Both the position numbers and the translations under genes were made by a program. Shown here in pieces: positions 19,703 to 30,652 of a stretch of 64,000 nucleotides of DNA (positions within the stretch are counted from its first letter, which is position 1; the number at the start of each line of letters is the position of its first letter). Location: NCBI GenBank assembly GCA_011364965.1, contig RDOB01000001.1:128001-192000 (forward strand), given 5' to 3'. The stretch is from Candidatus Heimdallarchaeota archaeon (lineage in GTDB: Archaea; Asgardarchaeota; Heimdallarchaeia; Hodarchaeales; Hodarchaeaceae). Below the pieces are notes generated by a model that saw only the letters and a list, made by a program, of their open reading frames with translations, was not told the origin of the DNA and did not search any database.

Positions 19703-19820
19703 ATCTTCTAATTAATTTTTTTTTCAGCTAGATTTGACACAAGTCGTTAAGTGATAACCTGATATATTTCTAATGAAACAAGAGACAACAGTTATTATTT
19801 ATTCTATCGAAGTTTCATTA

Positions 19821-21449
19821 TCAAAGTTTTCGCCTTTTTCTTATTTTAAGGCTGATCAGCAGTAAGACTAAAAATGAGGGAAAGAAAGAAATGGAAGTAA
19901 TTTGGGAGTGTTCACCGTTGAAGAAGGATTCAGAAGTTGTTGCATGGAGAACATCAAGTAGTTGGAATGAAATTGGGTTTCCAGTCCAATTTATAACCCC
20001 AGAGTCGCGAAAATACTTTGCAGATTGTAAATATAGTCCTGTAATATCATAAAGCTGATCAGGAGTTAAATCCTTTATCTGGTTGTTTTCAGAATAGTGT
20101 TGAATACATTCAGTAACAATATCTCGAACTATAGAAGTTTCTTGTCTGAATAATAAATTACCCGCGAACCCTGTTTGCTGATTCAACGCTATAGAAAATG
20201 AGTTCATCGGAAGTAAAGTTGGATTGTTAGCAGGATTCTCAATTGCAAATTCCCGACCATTTATGTAAGAGGTGAATAAAGGGGCTTCATTAAATAGGAG
20301 AGAGACTTCCTCCGTTATTAAAAAATTTTGAGCTCCCAATTCTGCTTTGCTTGTATTTCTTGCGTCTATATACACCTCAATTCCTTCTAGAGTTTTCGTT
20401 CCATTCAATAAGCCTAAACTTTGACTTGTTATTAAAGAGAAGGTTAAACTGTCAAATAATGTGAGACGGTGGGAAATATCACTACCTGTATAGTAAGAAA
20501 AAGTATCGTTTATTTCAAGTAAGCCAAATAGATTCTCCTCAACGCGAAAATCAAAAGCATTTATCCAGGTACCCTCTGGTAAATCTTCATTAATAATGAG
20601 AGTTAGAATTTTTCCCACGTTTACTTTAACTCTTGATTCTACGCCATTTTCTTTATTTAAGATGTATTTTGAGACAGAAAAGGTGAAAGCTAGGGTTTCG
20701 AACTGAAGAAAGAGAAGATTGGAACCAATTTCAAATTCAAAAAAACCAATTCCTTCTGTTTGAAAGAGAAATGTTACATTTGAATAAATAACATCAACCT
20801 GAAAACTATCCTTTTTCTCCTGAATATTAATTGATGGATTATAGGGGAACTCAGTAAATATATTACCAACATTCATCGCAGTATTAACTGTTTGTATGTC
20901 AGTACCATATCCTATTATTAAGTTTATAAGATCCATTGGTAAATTAGCATACCCTAGCTGATATGTTGCTGGGTTATAATTCTCTTCATCAATTTTAAGT
21001 GCAATTCCTAATATATCCAGACTTGAAACAACATCAAATCCTTGGGGAAGAGTATAATGATTAACAAGTTTCATAAATGGTAGTGGGGTTTGGTATTTGA
21101 TGGGAGTATCAAAACCAAATATTTCCTGTGTGCGTCCTACCTTCTCAATGGCCATTATCGCTGTACTTATCCCATGGTACTTCTGGCTTATTAGAGAAAG
21201 AATATTATCTTCTTGAAGGTCACTATCATTGGTAGAAAATTGTTCAGAAGAGATTAAATCAGTTAATAAATCGAGATTACGATTAAAAGAATTATAATCA
21301 AACCGTAATCCAAATAAATCTTCGTTGTAATAATCTGATAAATTGTCAAACTGATAACTTGGAGATCCATTTGAGACCACTACATTAGTTGAATATAAGA
21401 GGATTAACATAAGTATAGGCCAATATCGATATCGCGAGAGTGATTTCAT
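19821..21449 (-). CDS. Secreted surface protein with a C-terminal membrane anchor, probable distant paralog of 17802-19547
   Basis: Start taken at the ATG overlapping the upstream stop (TAATG); signal peptide; shared motifs AIEKV/ALEKM, PFMKLVNHYTLP/PFQQLVQHFKTP, LGY, WTG/WYG; C-terminal TM + KIRKRRK. Confidence 0.7.
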   Translation of the reverse strand: MKSLSRYRYWPILMLILLYSTNVVVSNGSPSYQFDNLSDYYNEDLFGLRFDYNSFNRNLDLLTDLISSEQFSTNDSDLQEDNILSLISQKYHGISTAIMAIEKVGRTQEIFGFDTPIKYQTPLPFMKLVNHYTLPQGFDVVSSLDILGIALKIDEENYNPATYQLGYANLPMDLINLIIGYGTDIQTVNTAMNVGNIFTEFPYNPSINIQEKKDSFQVDVIYSNVTFLFQTEGIGFFEFEIGSNLLFLQFETLAFTFSVSKYILNKENGVESRVKVNVGKILTLIINEDLPEGTWINAFDFRVEENLFGLLEINDTFSYYTGSDISHRLTLFDSLTFSLITSQSLGLLNGTKTLEGIEVYIDARNTSKAELGAQNFLITEEVSLLFNEAPLFTSYINGREFAIENPANNPTLLPMNSFSIALNQQTGFAGNLLFRQETSIVRDIVTECIQHYSENNQIKDLTPDQLYDITGLYLQSAKYFRDSGVINWTGNPISFQLLDVLHATTSESFFNGEHSQITSISFFPSFLVLLLISLKIRKRRKL

Positions 21450-22918
21450 TAAGCAGCCTCCAAATAGTTTCTTAGCCAATTCAAGTGCTTCGGGCCAACC
21501 ATGTATTCGTATCTTTTTCTGTCTTTCACTGTAATTATTATTCCAAGTTCTCCCAATTTTTTTATATGATGCTGTACGCTAGAATGATGAACATCAATTT
21601 CTTGGGATATCTTTGAGAGGGATAATGGTTTCGGTTCTCTGAGTAATAATCGACATAATTCTTTGGCTACATCGCTTTTCAACGCTAAAGCCAACTCTGT
21701 AATTGTTGTCGACTTTTCCCCTGTTAAGTAAAAAATATGGTATTTACCAAGTTTTGCATGAGTAACCAGATTAAAGTCATCTAAAGCCTGAAGGTGCCAC
21801 AAGAGCGAAGAAATCCCACATCCAACTTCTCGTTGGATCTCTCTTAAATGTGCTCCTTCTTCCCCTTTATGTTGCAAATATTCCATAATCTGCTCTCGTA
21901 ATTCATTCTCTAGTAACTCATCTTCACTGATACGCCTTTTCTGAGGGGAATATGCAATATGAGCAATTAGAAAAAACCCACTCATCAATATTCCAACAAT
22001 AAAATCTTTTAGTTTGGTAAGTAAACCAAATTTTATGGCTGAAACTAGAAGAAAAATGCTGGTAATAGATATTATTCCGACTGTAACTATATCACCTAAT
22101 CCAATCATTTGAAGAAAGGCATTATTATTTCCAGAAAGCGTACCAATCGTGATTTCGGCTACTTGAGCTAGCAAATCAACTATGGCTATTGATTGAAGAG
22201 AAGCTCCATAGCCTATGGGCTCTATTTCATAATTTATAGAGAAAGAAGCTACAATTTCTCTACTGTCAGCGCGCCATATGCCAGAAGTTAAATTATTTAA
22301 TTCTGGAATCAAAAAAGGAGGAGAAATTTCAGCTAAAACCTGACATTGGTCAGAAAGGTCGACCCATGCTGCACTACCAGAGAAGAGTGTAGTTAATTCG
22401 GTTTCATTTAATTCTGTAAAGAATTTAGGATTCAGAATTAGTTTTTGTTCACTAAAAGATCCATTAATTGGAACAACAAGTGGTGCATAACTTCTGATGC
22501 CAAATTGGTTTAGAATCTCAATAGGAGTATGTTCAAAATATCTGTTCAGTAGGAATATACCCCTATTTGTTTCTTTCCAATTAGCTAAGCTTGCTAAAAA
22601 ACCCAAATCGATTGGTAGAGGTAGCTCATTTATCCACCAAATACTAACAAAACTGTCGTTGTTAAATACAAATGACGAATCTGAAAGCACTTCTGTAATG
22701 TTATAAAATACTGCAGTTTTCTCAATATGCGTAATTAGATCCTCGCTTAATTTTCTATCATTCTCAGAACCAAAAAATACTGCAATGGTACCTTCGGTCT
22801 CATAGAATTTTGCAGCTGCTCTCTGTGTAATAAAAAGACAGTTTACCAAAATAATACAGAAGAAGATGAATCCGCTGTTTGAAAATATTCTCTTCTTTGT
22901 ATTCTTTGGATACTCCAT
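21449..22918 (-). CDS. Membrane-anchored transcriptional regulator (extracellular domain, TM helices, tandem winged HTH)
   Basis: Signal-like N-terminus; two TM segments; HLREIQREVGCGISSLLWHLQAL and LSKISQEIDVHHSSVQHHIKKL HTH motifs. Confidence 0.75.
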   Translation of the reverse strand: MEYPKNTKKRIFSNSGFIFFCIILVNCLFITQRAAAKFYETEGTIAVFFGSENDRKLSEDLITHIEKTAVFYNITEVLSDSSFVFNNDSFVSIWWINELPLPIDLGFLASLANWKETNRGIFLLNRYFEHTPIEILNQFGIRSYAPLVVPINGSFSEQKLILNPKFFTELNETELTTLFSGSAAWVDLSDQCQVLAEISPPFLIPELNNLTSGIWRADSREIVASFSINYEIEPIGYGASLQSIAIVDLLAQVAEITIGTLSGNNNAFLQMIGLGDIVTVGIISITSIFLLVSAIKFGLLTKLKDFIVGILMSGFFLIAHIAYSPQKRRISEDELLENELREQIMEYLQHKGEEGAHLREIQREVGCGISSLLWHLQALDDFNLVTHAKLGKYHIFYLTGEKSTTITELALALKSDVAKELCRLLLREPKPLSLSKISQEIDVHHSSVQHHIKKLGELGIIITVKDRKRYEYMVGPKHLNWLRNYLEAA

Positions 22919-23056
22919 ATTTTTTATGCACCTATATTTTAATAACTGAAACTAACTAAAAAAAGTCTTCCGAATCAATATTCCGCAAACAACTTTAAAT
23001 TAAAAAAATTAGTTGTTCCAAAAGGAAATTTGTCTTGCATTAACAAGGAAACCTAA

Positions 23057-23578
23057 ATGATGACCAAACCTATTTTCAGCTCATATCTTACTGCTCCTTG
23101 GAAAAGGAAGTATGTCGAAGAGAAAAAAGATCCCCACCAATGCGTTTTCTGCTCAATAACCAACAGGATTGCTAATCTAGATCGATGGGAGATCTTTCGT
23201 GATGATAGAGTTGCTATTACTTTGAATAAATTCCCCTATAACCCGGGTCATATCCTAGTTTTCCCTTTAGCTCACTATGAAGAGATTGAGAACTTACCTG
23301 AAGATCTAGTTTTTCATCTTTCTCTCCTGATTCAACGTTCTATCAAAGTATTAAAGATAAGTCATCAACCCTTGGGGTTTAATATTGGATTGAATATAGG
23401 TAGTTTTAGCGGAGCAAGCGTTTCCCATATTCATTGGCATATTGTCCCCCGTTATATGGGAGATTTGAATTTTATGGAAATTCTGGAAACCCGAGTGTTA
23501 GTGGAAACTCTTGAAGACACATTCAACAAACTGATTCAATACAACGACATGTTTCAGGTTAAAAGGTCGATTTTATGA
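23057..23578 (+). CDS. HIT-family nucleotide hydrolase (Ap4A phosphorylase-like)
   Basis: APW, CVFC, LNKFPYNPGH, HIHWHIVPR. Confidence 0.9.
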   Translation: MMTKPIFSSYLTAPWKRKYVEEKKDPHQCVFCSITNRIANLDRWEIFRDDRVAITLNKFPYNPGHILVFPLAHYEEIENLPEDLVFHLSLLIQRSIKVLKISHQPLGFNIGLNIGSFSGASVSHIHWHIVPRYMGDLNFMEILETRVLVETLEDTFNKLIQYNDMFQVKRSIL

Positions 23579-23741
23579 AACAGAAAACTGATCTGATATT
23601 AATTAACATTTGAATTGGTCTATAATCTTTCTAGAATAACTCAATACATCTGATCTTTCAATTTGAAATGAAATGCTTAAATAACTCGACTTTTAATATC
23701 CAAATAAGTATAAAATATTTTTATACTATGAAAGAAATTTC

Positions 23742-24218
23742 ATGTTGAACAAAATCATAGAGACGATTGAAATGATATTCCAAAAACTATTACGAAAAAA
23801 AAGGGCAGTAAGTCCAATCCTTGCTGCGATTCTCTTAATTGGGTTGGCAATTGCAGCAGGTGCAATTTTGTTTGTAGTTGTAATTCCATTGATTCAAAAT
23901 CCGGGCGGAACACTGGTTTTTGATGAAACAGCGACTGAATTTACAGGAAATACAACAGCTAAACTTGCATTGAAAAATGAAGGATCTGAAAAAGTTACTA
24001 TAACTGCAATCACTATTGAATATAATGATGGAACTGGTTACGCAAGTGCATCCTTCAATTTCGTTACTTTTACCATAAATACTGGTGCAGGGCAAGTAAA
24101 AACTTATACTTTAACAGGAACTCCTGACGCGGCGACTATTACTAAGTGGCGAGTAACTGTTGAATTTGAAATTGATGGAGAAGCTCAAACGGATTTAATT
24201 GTTGAATTTAATCCTTAA
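23742..24218 (+). CDS. Archaeal type IV pilin-like protein
   Basis: Class III signal peptide KKRA|VSPILAAILLIGLAIAAG; the true start may be the downstream Met. Confidence 0.85.
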   Translation: MLNKIIETIEMIFQKLLRKKRAVSPILAAILLIGLAIAAGAILFVVVIPLIQNPGGTLVFDETATEFTGNTTAKLALKNEGSEKVTITAITIEYNDGTGYASASFNFVTFTINTGAGQVKTYTLTGTPDAATITKWRVTVEFEIDGEAQTDLIVEFNP

Positions 24219-24284
24219 TCTCATTTATTTTTTCTCTTTTCCTTTTTATTAAATTTCATTAGATAGATCCTCAGATTTAGGATT

Positions 24285-24743
24285 TCATTTCAGCCGACAT
24301 GAATCCGCCCGACTTCGTATAAATTTATTAATAACAAGTTTTCCGTCTGTTTGGAATTTTCGCATTTTAACTGCGAAATCTTCCCAGTAAGTGAGAAGTG
24401 CCTCTCTTTGCTCTCGCTTAGTAACCATTTCAGTATTGAGAAAGAAAGAGATATCATAACCTTTCTCAGGTTCGCGAATAACCTTGATTTTAGATCCAGG
24501 ATCCCGCCATAGCTCATTTCGGATTCTATCAAAGATGAATTCTTCAACTGGGTCATTAAAAGCAAGTTTTAGGGATACAATAGCAGAATTGCCCTGCTTG
24601 ATTAATTGCCCATTTTCAAAACTAAGTTCCTCACGTCTGATTTTCTCACAGCATGGGTGATCAGGATCAAGAATGCATATAGGTTCCATCCCTGTTTGGC
24701 ATGGGACGACCTGTAAAACTAGATCTGATTCCTTTAATGGCAT
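24285..24743 (-). CDS. Arp2/3 complex subunit 4 (ARPC4)-like protein
   Basis: NSAIVSLKLAFNDPVEEFI, REPEKGYDISFFL and KLVINKFIRSRA resemble ARPC4 NSVRVSIAVKQADEIEKIL, RKPVEGYDISFLI and KLSVNARARIVA (recalled from memory). Confidence 0.8.
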   Translation of the reverse strand: MPLKESDLVLQVVPCQTGMEPICILDPDHPCCEKIRREELSFENGQLIKQGNSAIVSLKLAFNDPVEEFIFDRIRNELWRDPGSKIKVIREPEKGYDISFFLNTEMVTKREQREALLTYWEDFAVKMRKFQTDGKLVINKFIRSRADSCRLK

Positions 24744-24888
24744 TAAACCTCACCAGAAGTCAATCAATAATGATGAATTATATTCCGCTTTCCTATTTAA
24801 CTGATAGGTTTATTGGTAAAACATAGTTCCTTCCTTCTTTTCTAAGGTTTTACCTTAGCAAAGATTCGTCATTAATAGAATACTAATC

Positions 24889-25320
24889 CTAAAATTCCCG
24901 AATTTTAAGGAGTTTATTTTTTGTTGAAGTAACAAGATAATGCATTAGTCCTAATTTAACATCTGGTGAAGTAATTATAACAAGTATTGTTGAATTCACT
25001 TTTGAAATTAGTCCTAGTCCTAATGGAGTCTGCACATGAATAAAATCGATAGTATTTCCTAAATCAAGCTGAACACAAGCACTAGAAAACGTACTAACTA
25101 TACCAGCTACCATAGCTGAAACTAGGATTTCCACTTCATCTGTGATGGGAGCAGTTTGAGCACTCATTATTGGAAATCCCTCCTCACTTACTAATAAGGC
25201 TTTTTCCACTCCTTTTACTAATCCAAGTCCATCCAGTATCTTCTGGATCTGTTCGGTTGAACTAATCCCTTCATTTTTTTCAGTAGTCATATTTCCAAAG
25301 GTTGCCATGTAATCATCCAC
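24889..25320 (-). CDS. Roadblock/LC7 domain protein
   Basis: GVEKALLVSEEGFPI, SAMVA, VKLGLM pattern; the true start may be a downstream Met. Confidence 0.85.
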   Translation of the reverse strand: MDDYMATFGNMTTEKNEGISSTEQIQKILDGLGLVKGVEKALLVSEEGFPIMSAQTAPITDEVEILVSAMVAGIVSTFSSACVQLDLGNTIDFIHVQTPLGLGLISKVNSTILVIITSPDVKLGLMHYLVTSTKNKLLKIREF

Positions 25321-25617
25321 TTTGTTTTGTCATTCCAAACTTAATACTCCAAGAAGTTTATAAGAACCAAAAATTTTGAATTGATGTATTCATCCTTCTC
25401 TCGTGACTCTAAAGAAATCCTGATTCTACACGATTCTATCAAAATAAATGATAATTTTCTCGTTTATACAAAATAAAAGAGTTTGTGAGATATATTTCGA
25501 TAAAAGTAATATCTCTTCCTATTCATTAGTCTTCTTTTGCTGGTTTTCCTTAGTAAGTAAGAGAAGAGTTTATTATCATTTAACCGTGCGAGGTAATTAG
25601 ACTGTGAGGTTACCGGA

Positions 25618-25800
25618 ATGAGCGAGAACATACGAATGCAGAGATGTAATCCCTGTCAAGTTGCAGTAATGCCAAGTGAACATGGAACAACTCAATTTGA
25701 TTGCCCCGATTGTGGAATGATTCGAATAATTCGTTGTGAACGTTGTCGAAAACTAGGAAATAGGTATGTTTGTCCCAATTGTGGTTTTTCGGGGCCTTAG
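25618..25800 (+). CDS. Small Zn-ribbon protein (HVO_2753/DUF1610-like)
   Basis: FDCPDCG..IIRCERCRKLGNRYVCPNCGFSGP; conserved position before EF-1beta. Confidence 0.85.
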   Translation: MSENIRMQRCNPCQVAVMPSEHGTTQFDCPDCGMIRIIRCERCRKLGNRYVCPNCGFSGP

Positions 25801-25859
25801 GTCAATATATTTTATTAATCATTTCCATTTTCTTTCTTCTCAATACCTGAGGAATAATC

Positions 25860-26147
25860 ATGTCAAATGTGCTATCAATTTTGAAAGTAATCCCATCTTC
25901 TCCAGAAGTTGATCGAGAGGATATTGTGGCTCGTGCAAAGAACGAGTTAAGTAAAGGTTTAAATCTAGAGATTCTAAAAAAGGAAGAAGAACCATTATTC
26001 TTCGGTTTGTATGCTATCAAGCTTTTTGTAAAAACTCCAGACTCAGATGAAGGAACGGAAACTCTTCAAACTTTTGAAAACCGTTTAGTAAGTCTAGATG
26101 AAGTTGATAATTGTGAAGTTGAGTTACAGACAATCATTGATTATTAA
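25860..26147 (+). CDS. ef1b: Translation elongation factor 1-beta
   Basis: LKVIPSSPEVD, EEPLFFGLYAI. Confidence 0.9.
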   Translation: MSNVLSILKVIPSSPEVDREDIVARAKNELSKGLNLEILKKEEEPLFFGLYAIKLFVKTPDSDEGTETLQTFENRLVSLDEVDNCEVELQTIIDY

Positions 26148-26300
26148 ATATACTCTAATCGTGTTTTTCAGCTTTTTAAATCTCTAAGAAGAAAAGGGAT
26201 TTAGACTTATCTTCTAACTGGAAAACTGATATTTTTAATTGGAATCAATTTTAAATGAAGAACGTGTCAATTAAGCCGGAATTACCAGAGACATCCTAGG

Positions 26301-28496
26301 TTGAGAAATTTGGCAAAAGAAGTCGTTTTAAAAGTAGCGGAGGCAAGACAACGAGATGTCGGTCGAGGAAAAATCAGAATGGACGACATCAACATGCGAG
26401 AAATCGGTATCACGACTGGAGACGTTGTTGAAATTCGAGGAAGACAAAAAACTGGAGCTATAGCTTGGCCTGCTTATATTGAGGATCAAGGGGCTGGAAT
26501 CGTGCGTATGGATGGAGTTATCAGACGAAATGCCAAAGTTTCCTTGGAGGAAAATGTTAGGATTAGAAAAGCTCAAATTAAAGTTGCAAAAACAGTCAAT
26601 ATAGCTCCCACTAGACAAATTTCTCTGGATTATGGATTTGAAGCATTTGTAAAGAGAAAATTATTGGGATATCCTGTCTCCAAGAATGATACTGTTTTAA
26701 TTCCTATTTTGGGAAGATCGATTCCATTCGTAGTAAATTCTGTTACACCTGCAGATATTGTACTAATTACTGATACAACAAAATTAAATGTCTCAGAAAA
26801 GCCTGTAGCGGAAACTGAGACAGGTATGCCTGGAGTGTCTTATGAGGACATTGGTGGACTGACTGAAGCTATTCAGCGAATAAGAGAAATGGTAGAATTA
26901 CCATTAAAACATCCAGAACTCTTTAAAAAATTGGGAATAGACCCCCCCAAAGGAGTACTCCTACATGGCCCACCTGGCACAGGAAAAACTCTAATTGCTA
27001 AAGCAGTAGCCAATGAGTCAGAAGCTCATTTTATTCCAATCCAAGGCCCTGAAATCATGTCGAAGTTCTATGGAGAAAGCGAAGCAAGATTACGAGAGAT
27101 TTTCAAAGAAGCTGAAGATAATGCCCCTAGTATTATTTTCATAGATGAAATTGACGCTATAGCTCCCAAACGAGAAGATGTAACAGGGGAAGTTGAAAGA
27201 CGAGTTGTCGCGCAAATTCTAGCACTGATGGATGGACTTGAAAGTCGTGGAGAGACTATTGTTATAGGAGCAACAAATCGACCGAATGCAGTGGATCCTG
27301 CGCTCCGCCGGCCGGGCCGATTTGACCGAGAAATTGAGATTGGAGTTCCTGATAAGAACGAAAGACTCGAAATATTACAGATTCATACTCGTCGAATGCC
27401 AGGAATAGAGGATGTAGATATTGAAAAATTAGCTGTAATCACTCATGGTTTCGTTGGAGCAGATTTAGCAGCTCTAGGGAGAGAAGCAGCAATGAAAAAA
27501 CTGCGTGAGATCTTACCGGAAATAAATCTAAGTGAAGACACCATCCCACCCTCAGTTTTAGATAATTTAAAAGTAGAAGATCGTCATTTTGAAGACGCGT
27601 TAAAAGAAATACACCCTTCTGCAATTCGAGAGGTATTCATTGAAGTCCCAAATGTAAAATGGGAAGATATTGGGGGCATGGAGTTAATAAAACAAGAGCT
27701 TATTGAAATTGTGGAATGGCCTCTCAATAAAAAGGACGATTTTCGACGATTAGGTATTCACCCTCCGAGAGCTGTTCTATTGTTTGGAGCACCTGGAACA
27801 GGAAAGACATTATTGGCAAAAGCATTAGCAACGGAGAGTAAAGTGAACTTTATAAGTGTAAAAGGGCCTGAACTTTTATCTAAGTGGGTAGGAGAAAGTG
27901 AAAAAGCTGTTCGTGAGGTTTTTAGAAAAGCCCGAACAGCATCACCAGCTCTTGTCTTCTTCGATGAAATCGACGCAGTCGCAACAAGAAGGGGCTCTGG
28001 TGACTCCTCTGGAGTAAACGAGAGGGTTATAAGTCAATTGTTAACAGAACTCGCTGGTATTGAACCTTTACGAGATGTCGTAGTTCTAGCAGCTACAAAC
28101 CGACCTGATATGATAGATCCGGCCCTTCTCAGACCTGGAAGATTTGATAGAGTTATTTATATACCTCCACCAGATGAGGAAAGCCGAAAATTAATATTAA
28201 AAATCCATACACATGATATGCCTTTAGCAAAGGACTTTGACCTTAACCGTTTAGCAAAAGAAACAGAATATTATGTTGGCGCTGACCTTGAAGCTGTATG
28301 CAGAGAAGCTGGCATGATTGCTTTACGAGAAAATCTAGATGCTAAATTTGTGGAATGGAGACATTTTGAAACTGCATTATCAAGAGTTCATTCCTCTTGC
28401 ACTCAAGAAATGATGAAATGGTATGAAACTCAAGAATCTCAATTTCGTAGAAGAATCGGAATTGATACACAAAGAACTGTACCTTTATTTGGATAA
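26301..28496 (+). CDS. cdc48: CDC48/VCP AAA+ ATPase
   Basis: N domain plus two AAA modules ([23 protein letters not shown]). Confidence 0.97.
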   Translation: MRNLAKEVVLKVAEARQRDVGRGKIRMDDINMREIGITTGDVVEIRGRQKTGAIAWPAYIEDQGAGIVRMDGVIRRNAKVSLEENVRIRKAQIKVAKTVNIAPTRQISLDYGFEAFVKRKLLGYPVSKNDTVLIPILGRSIPFVVNSVTPADIVLITDTTKLNVSEKPVAETETGMPGVSYEDIGGLTEAIQRIREMVELPLKHPELFKKLGIDPPKGVLLHGPPGTGKTLIAKAVANESEAHFIPIQGPEIMSKFYGESEARLREIFKEAEDNAPSIIFIDEIDAIAPKREDVTGEVERRVVAQILALMDGLESRGETIVIGATNRPNAVDPALRRPGRFDREIEIGVPDKNERLEILQIHTRRMPGIEDVDIEKLAVITHGFVGADLAALGREAAMKKLREILPEINLSEDTIPPSVLDNLKVEDRHFEDALKEIHPSAIREVFIEVPNVKWEDIGGMELIKQELIEIVEWPLNKKDDFRRLGIHPPRAVLLFGAPGTGKTLLAKALATESKVNFISVKGPELLSKWVGESEKAVREVFRKARTASPALVFFDEIDAVATRRGSGDSSGVNERVISQLLTELAGIEPLRDVVVLAATNRPDMIDPALLRPGRFDRVIYIPPPDEESRKLILKIHTHDMPLAKDFDLNRLAKETEYYVGADLEAVCREAGMIALRENLDAKFVEWRHFETALSRVHSSCTQEMMKWYETQESQFRRRIGIDTQRTVPLFG

Positions 28497-28693
28497 ATCA
28501 ATGCTTTCTCGCAATCAAAAGATACCTAAATCCCTAAATCCTATATATGTAAAAGCATTAACGAAAAACTCTTTAAAATATTGAAATTTCCTCCTAGTAA
28601 AGCAAAATGATCTAAATTTATTTCTTTTTAAATTTCTAAATAGAATTCTGATCCGAGTGACCAAATGAAGTATATACAGAATACAAAATAGTT

Positions 28694-28975
28694 GTGATCA
28701 ACATGGCGACACAAAAATACCCATATTGGAGACCATTTCCCCTTATTTTTTCAGTTATGAATATTGTTGAAAGAAGAGAAGGTGTTCTTCTTGAAGATGA
28801 TCTTATTCGATTACTAGAAAATGATATTGGTGAAGTTTCTGAAAGAGAGTTAAATCAGGCATTAATGAAACTGGAAATCAAGGGATTGATCCATGTTCAA
28901 ATGATTAAAAAAAATCAACGTGTAATTAAACGAATAGGTGAAAATCAGAAATTCCTTGCTGTTGGGGAGGATTGA
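28694..28975 (+). CDS. Small winged-helix protein
   Basis: SERELNQALMKLEIKGLIHV wHTH pattern. Confidence 0.6.
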   Translation: MINMATQKYPYWRPFPLIFSVMNIVERREGVLLEDDLIRLLENDIGEVSERELNQALMKLEIKGLIHVQMIKKNQRVIKRIGENQKFLAVGED

Positions 28976-28988
28976 GTCCCGTAGGAGC

Positions 28989-29918
28989 TCATGTTAAATC
29001 TAATTTTTTCATTAGTTGACAAACTGGGCAGACTTCATGGGTCGAGATTTCCCCGCAATTTAGGCAATAATGGGGAGGGTTTAATCGATTAGACTGTGGA
29101 AAATATTTGGAAATAGAATCGTGAGCATTAATAATGTTAATTAATGTACTTGGGCGCTTCAGTTCCATTAACGATAAAAAATCTCTAATATCATTTCGCA
29201 TTGCAGATTCTGCATAAGGACAGGGATAGGAATGATACTTTAGCTCCTCTGCTCGTGCATATAGCACAATTTCGGGTTCAGATACACGGACAAAAGGTCT
29301 AACACGTGGAGGCATACCCTTGTATTTCTCAATCGGAGCTCGTGTTAATCTGATAAACTTTAAAGTGTCACCCCTCAATAAATTCATTATTATTGTCTGT
29401 GCTTCATCATCTAAATTATGAGCAGTGGCTATCTTTGTTACTCCAAGTTGTCGAGCTCGGATATTTAACGCGCGTCTACGCAAAATCCCACAAATGGCGC
29501 ATGGAGAGAAACTTCGATCTTTTATTATGCTTTTTTTCACGATTTGATCCAAATTCTCACCAAATGTTTCATTGAAAGAAATAATTTCATGAGGAATATC
29601 ATATTTCATTGTTATATGTTTGGCTAAGGCAATTGAGTCTTCACGATATCCTTTTATTCCTTCGTCAACGGAGATTGCTGTTATTTTACTTTTAGGAAAT
29701 TGGATTAAGAGCTTATGAAGAATATGAATCAAAACCATACTATCCTTTCCCCCGGAAAGTCCCAGGCCAATATGATCGTTCGGGGAGAACATTTTATATT
29801 GAGTAATTGTTTTTCTTACCCGTTTTTCAAATAATTCCACGAAATGTGTTTTACAATATCTTTTTCTTGACCGTGAATCAAGTGTGTATGGTGGATTTTC
29901 GCAACATCTGGTTCTCAT
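28989..29918 (-). CDS. tRNA 2-thiolation protein (NcsA/Ctu1/TtuA family)
   Basis: SGGKDS PP-loop, CAICGILRR, TAHNLDDEAQ, CPYA, C-terminal Zn finger. Confidence 0.9.
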   Translation of the reverse strand: MRTRCCENPPYTLDSRSRKRYCKTHFVELFEKRVRKTITQYKMFSPNDHIGLGLSGGKDSMVLIHILHKLLIQFPKSKITAISVDEGIKGYREDSIALAKHITMKYDIPHEIISFNETFGENLDQIVKKSIIKDRSFSPCAICGILRRRALNIRARQLGVTKIATAHNLDDEAQTIIMNLLRGDTLKFIRLTRAPIEKYKGMPPRVRPFVRVSEPEIVLYARAEELKYHSYPCPYAESAMRNDIRDFLSLMELKRPSTLINIINAHDSISKYFPQSNRLNPPHYCLNCGEISTHEVCPVCQLMKKLDLT

Positions 29919-29925
29919 TTTTCTC

Positions 29926-30216
29926 TCATTTACTCAATGGTTTTTTCTCTATATTTACTAGAATCTTTGGGAGTAATTCATCGGTAATTTTTGTAGCATG
30001 AGCGATCGCTTCCTCTGCAACCTTTTGAACTTCTAAACCAGAAAGTGCAGAGAGTTCTACATATAATTCAACTTCAATAATGATTTCGTTTTCATCAGTT
30101 AGCTCCAAATTTATATCTATTAAATCGTGATCCAATTTTTTACCTAATTTCTTTTGCAGGAAACTGTGTACTTCTAGATAAACCTGATCAATTATTCTAT
30201 CCAATTCATTACTCAT
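29926..30216 (-). CDS. DUF3194-like conserved archaeal protein
   Basis: Acidic 96-aa protein in the usual position downstream of prefoldin beta. Confidence 0.6.
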   Translation of the reverse strand: MSNELDRIIDQVYLEVHSFLQKKLGKKLDHDLIDINLELTDENEIIIEVELYVELSALSGLEVQKVAEEAIAHATKITDELLPKILVNIEKKPLSK

Positions 30217-30265
30217 AAAAGAATCCCACTCTCCAACAATGATCGTGAAATAGAATCAAAAAGCA

Positions 30266-30634
30266 TTAGTTGGAATCCAGAGAAGGAGAATCACCTAGTT
30301 CTTGAGTGAGACGAGTTTGTAATTCCTCAAATCGCTTTACATTTTGGGACTCCTGAGAAGAAAAACTTTTCTGTTTAAGTTCTAACAACTCAGCTCTTTC
30401 AGTAAGCTCTTTAAGAACCTCACCTGCTTTTTTTGGGAACATTACTGAGCCAATGGTCTGCCAAACTTCTTTCTCTGGCTCGAGCTTTTGGAGTTCTTTT
30501 TTTGTCATCTGTATCTCAGAAAGTGCGCGATTAATTTCCCCTAATTGGATACGAATATTTTGAATGGTTTGTTCTAATTGTTGTAAACGCAAGACTTTTT
30601 CTTGTTGTGCTGGAGATAATTCACGATATGCCAT
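30266..30634 (-). CDS. pfdB: Prefoldin beta subunit
   Basis: Coiled coil - VWQTIGSVMF hairpin - coiled coil; operon context. Confidence 0.9.
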   Translation of the reverse strand: MAYRELSPAQQEKVLRLQQLEQTIQNIRIQLGEINRALSEIQMTKKELQKLEPEKEVWQTIGSVMFPKKAGEVLKELTERAELLELKQKSFSSQESQNVKRFEELQTRLTQELGDSPSLDSN

Positions 30635-30652
30635 CTAAATTTCCTCTATTTT

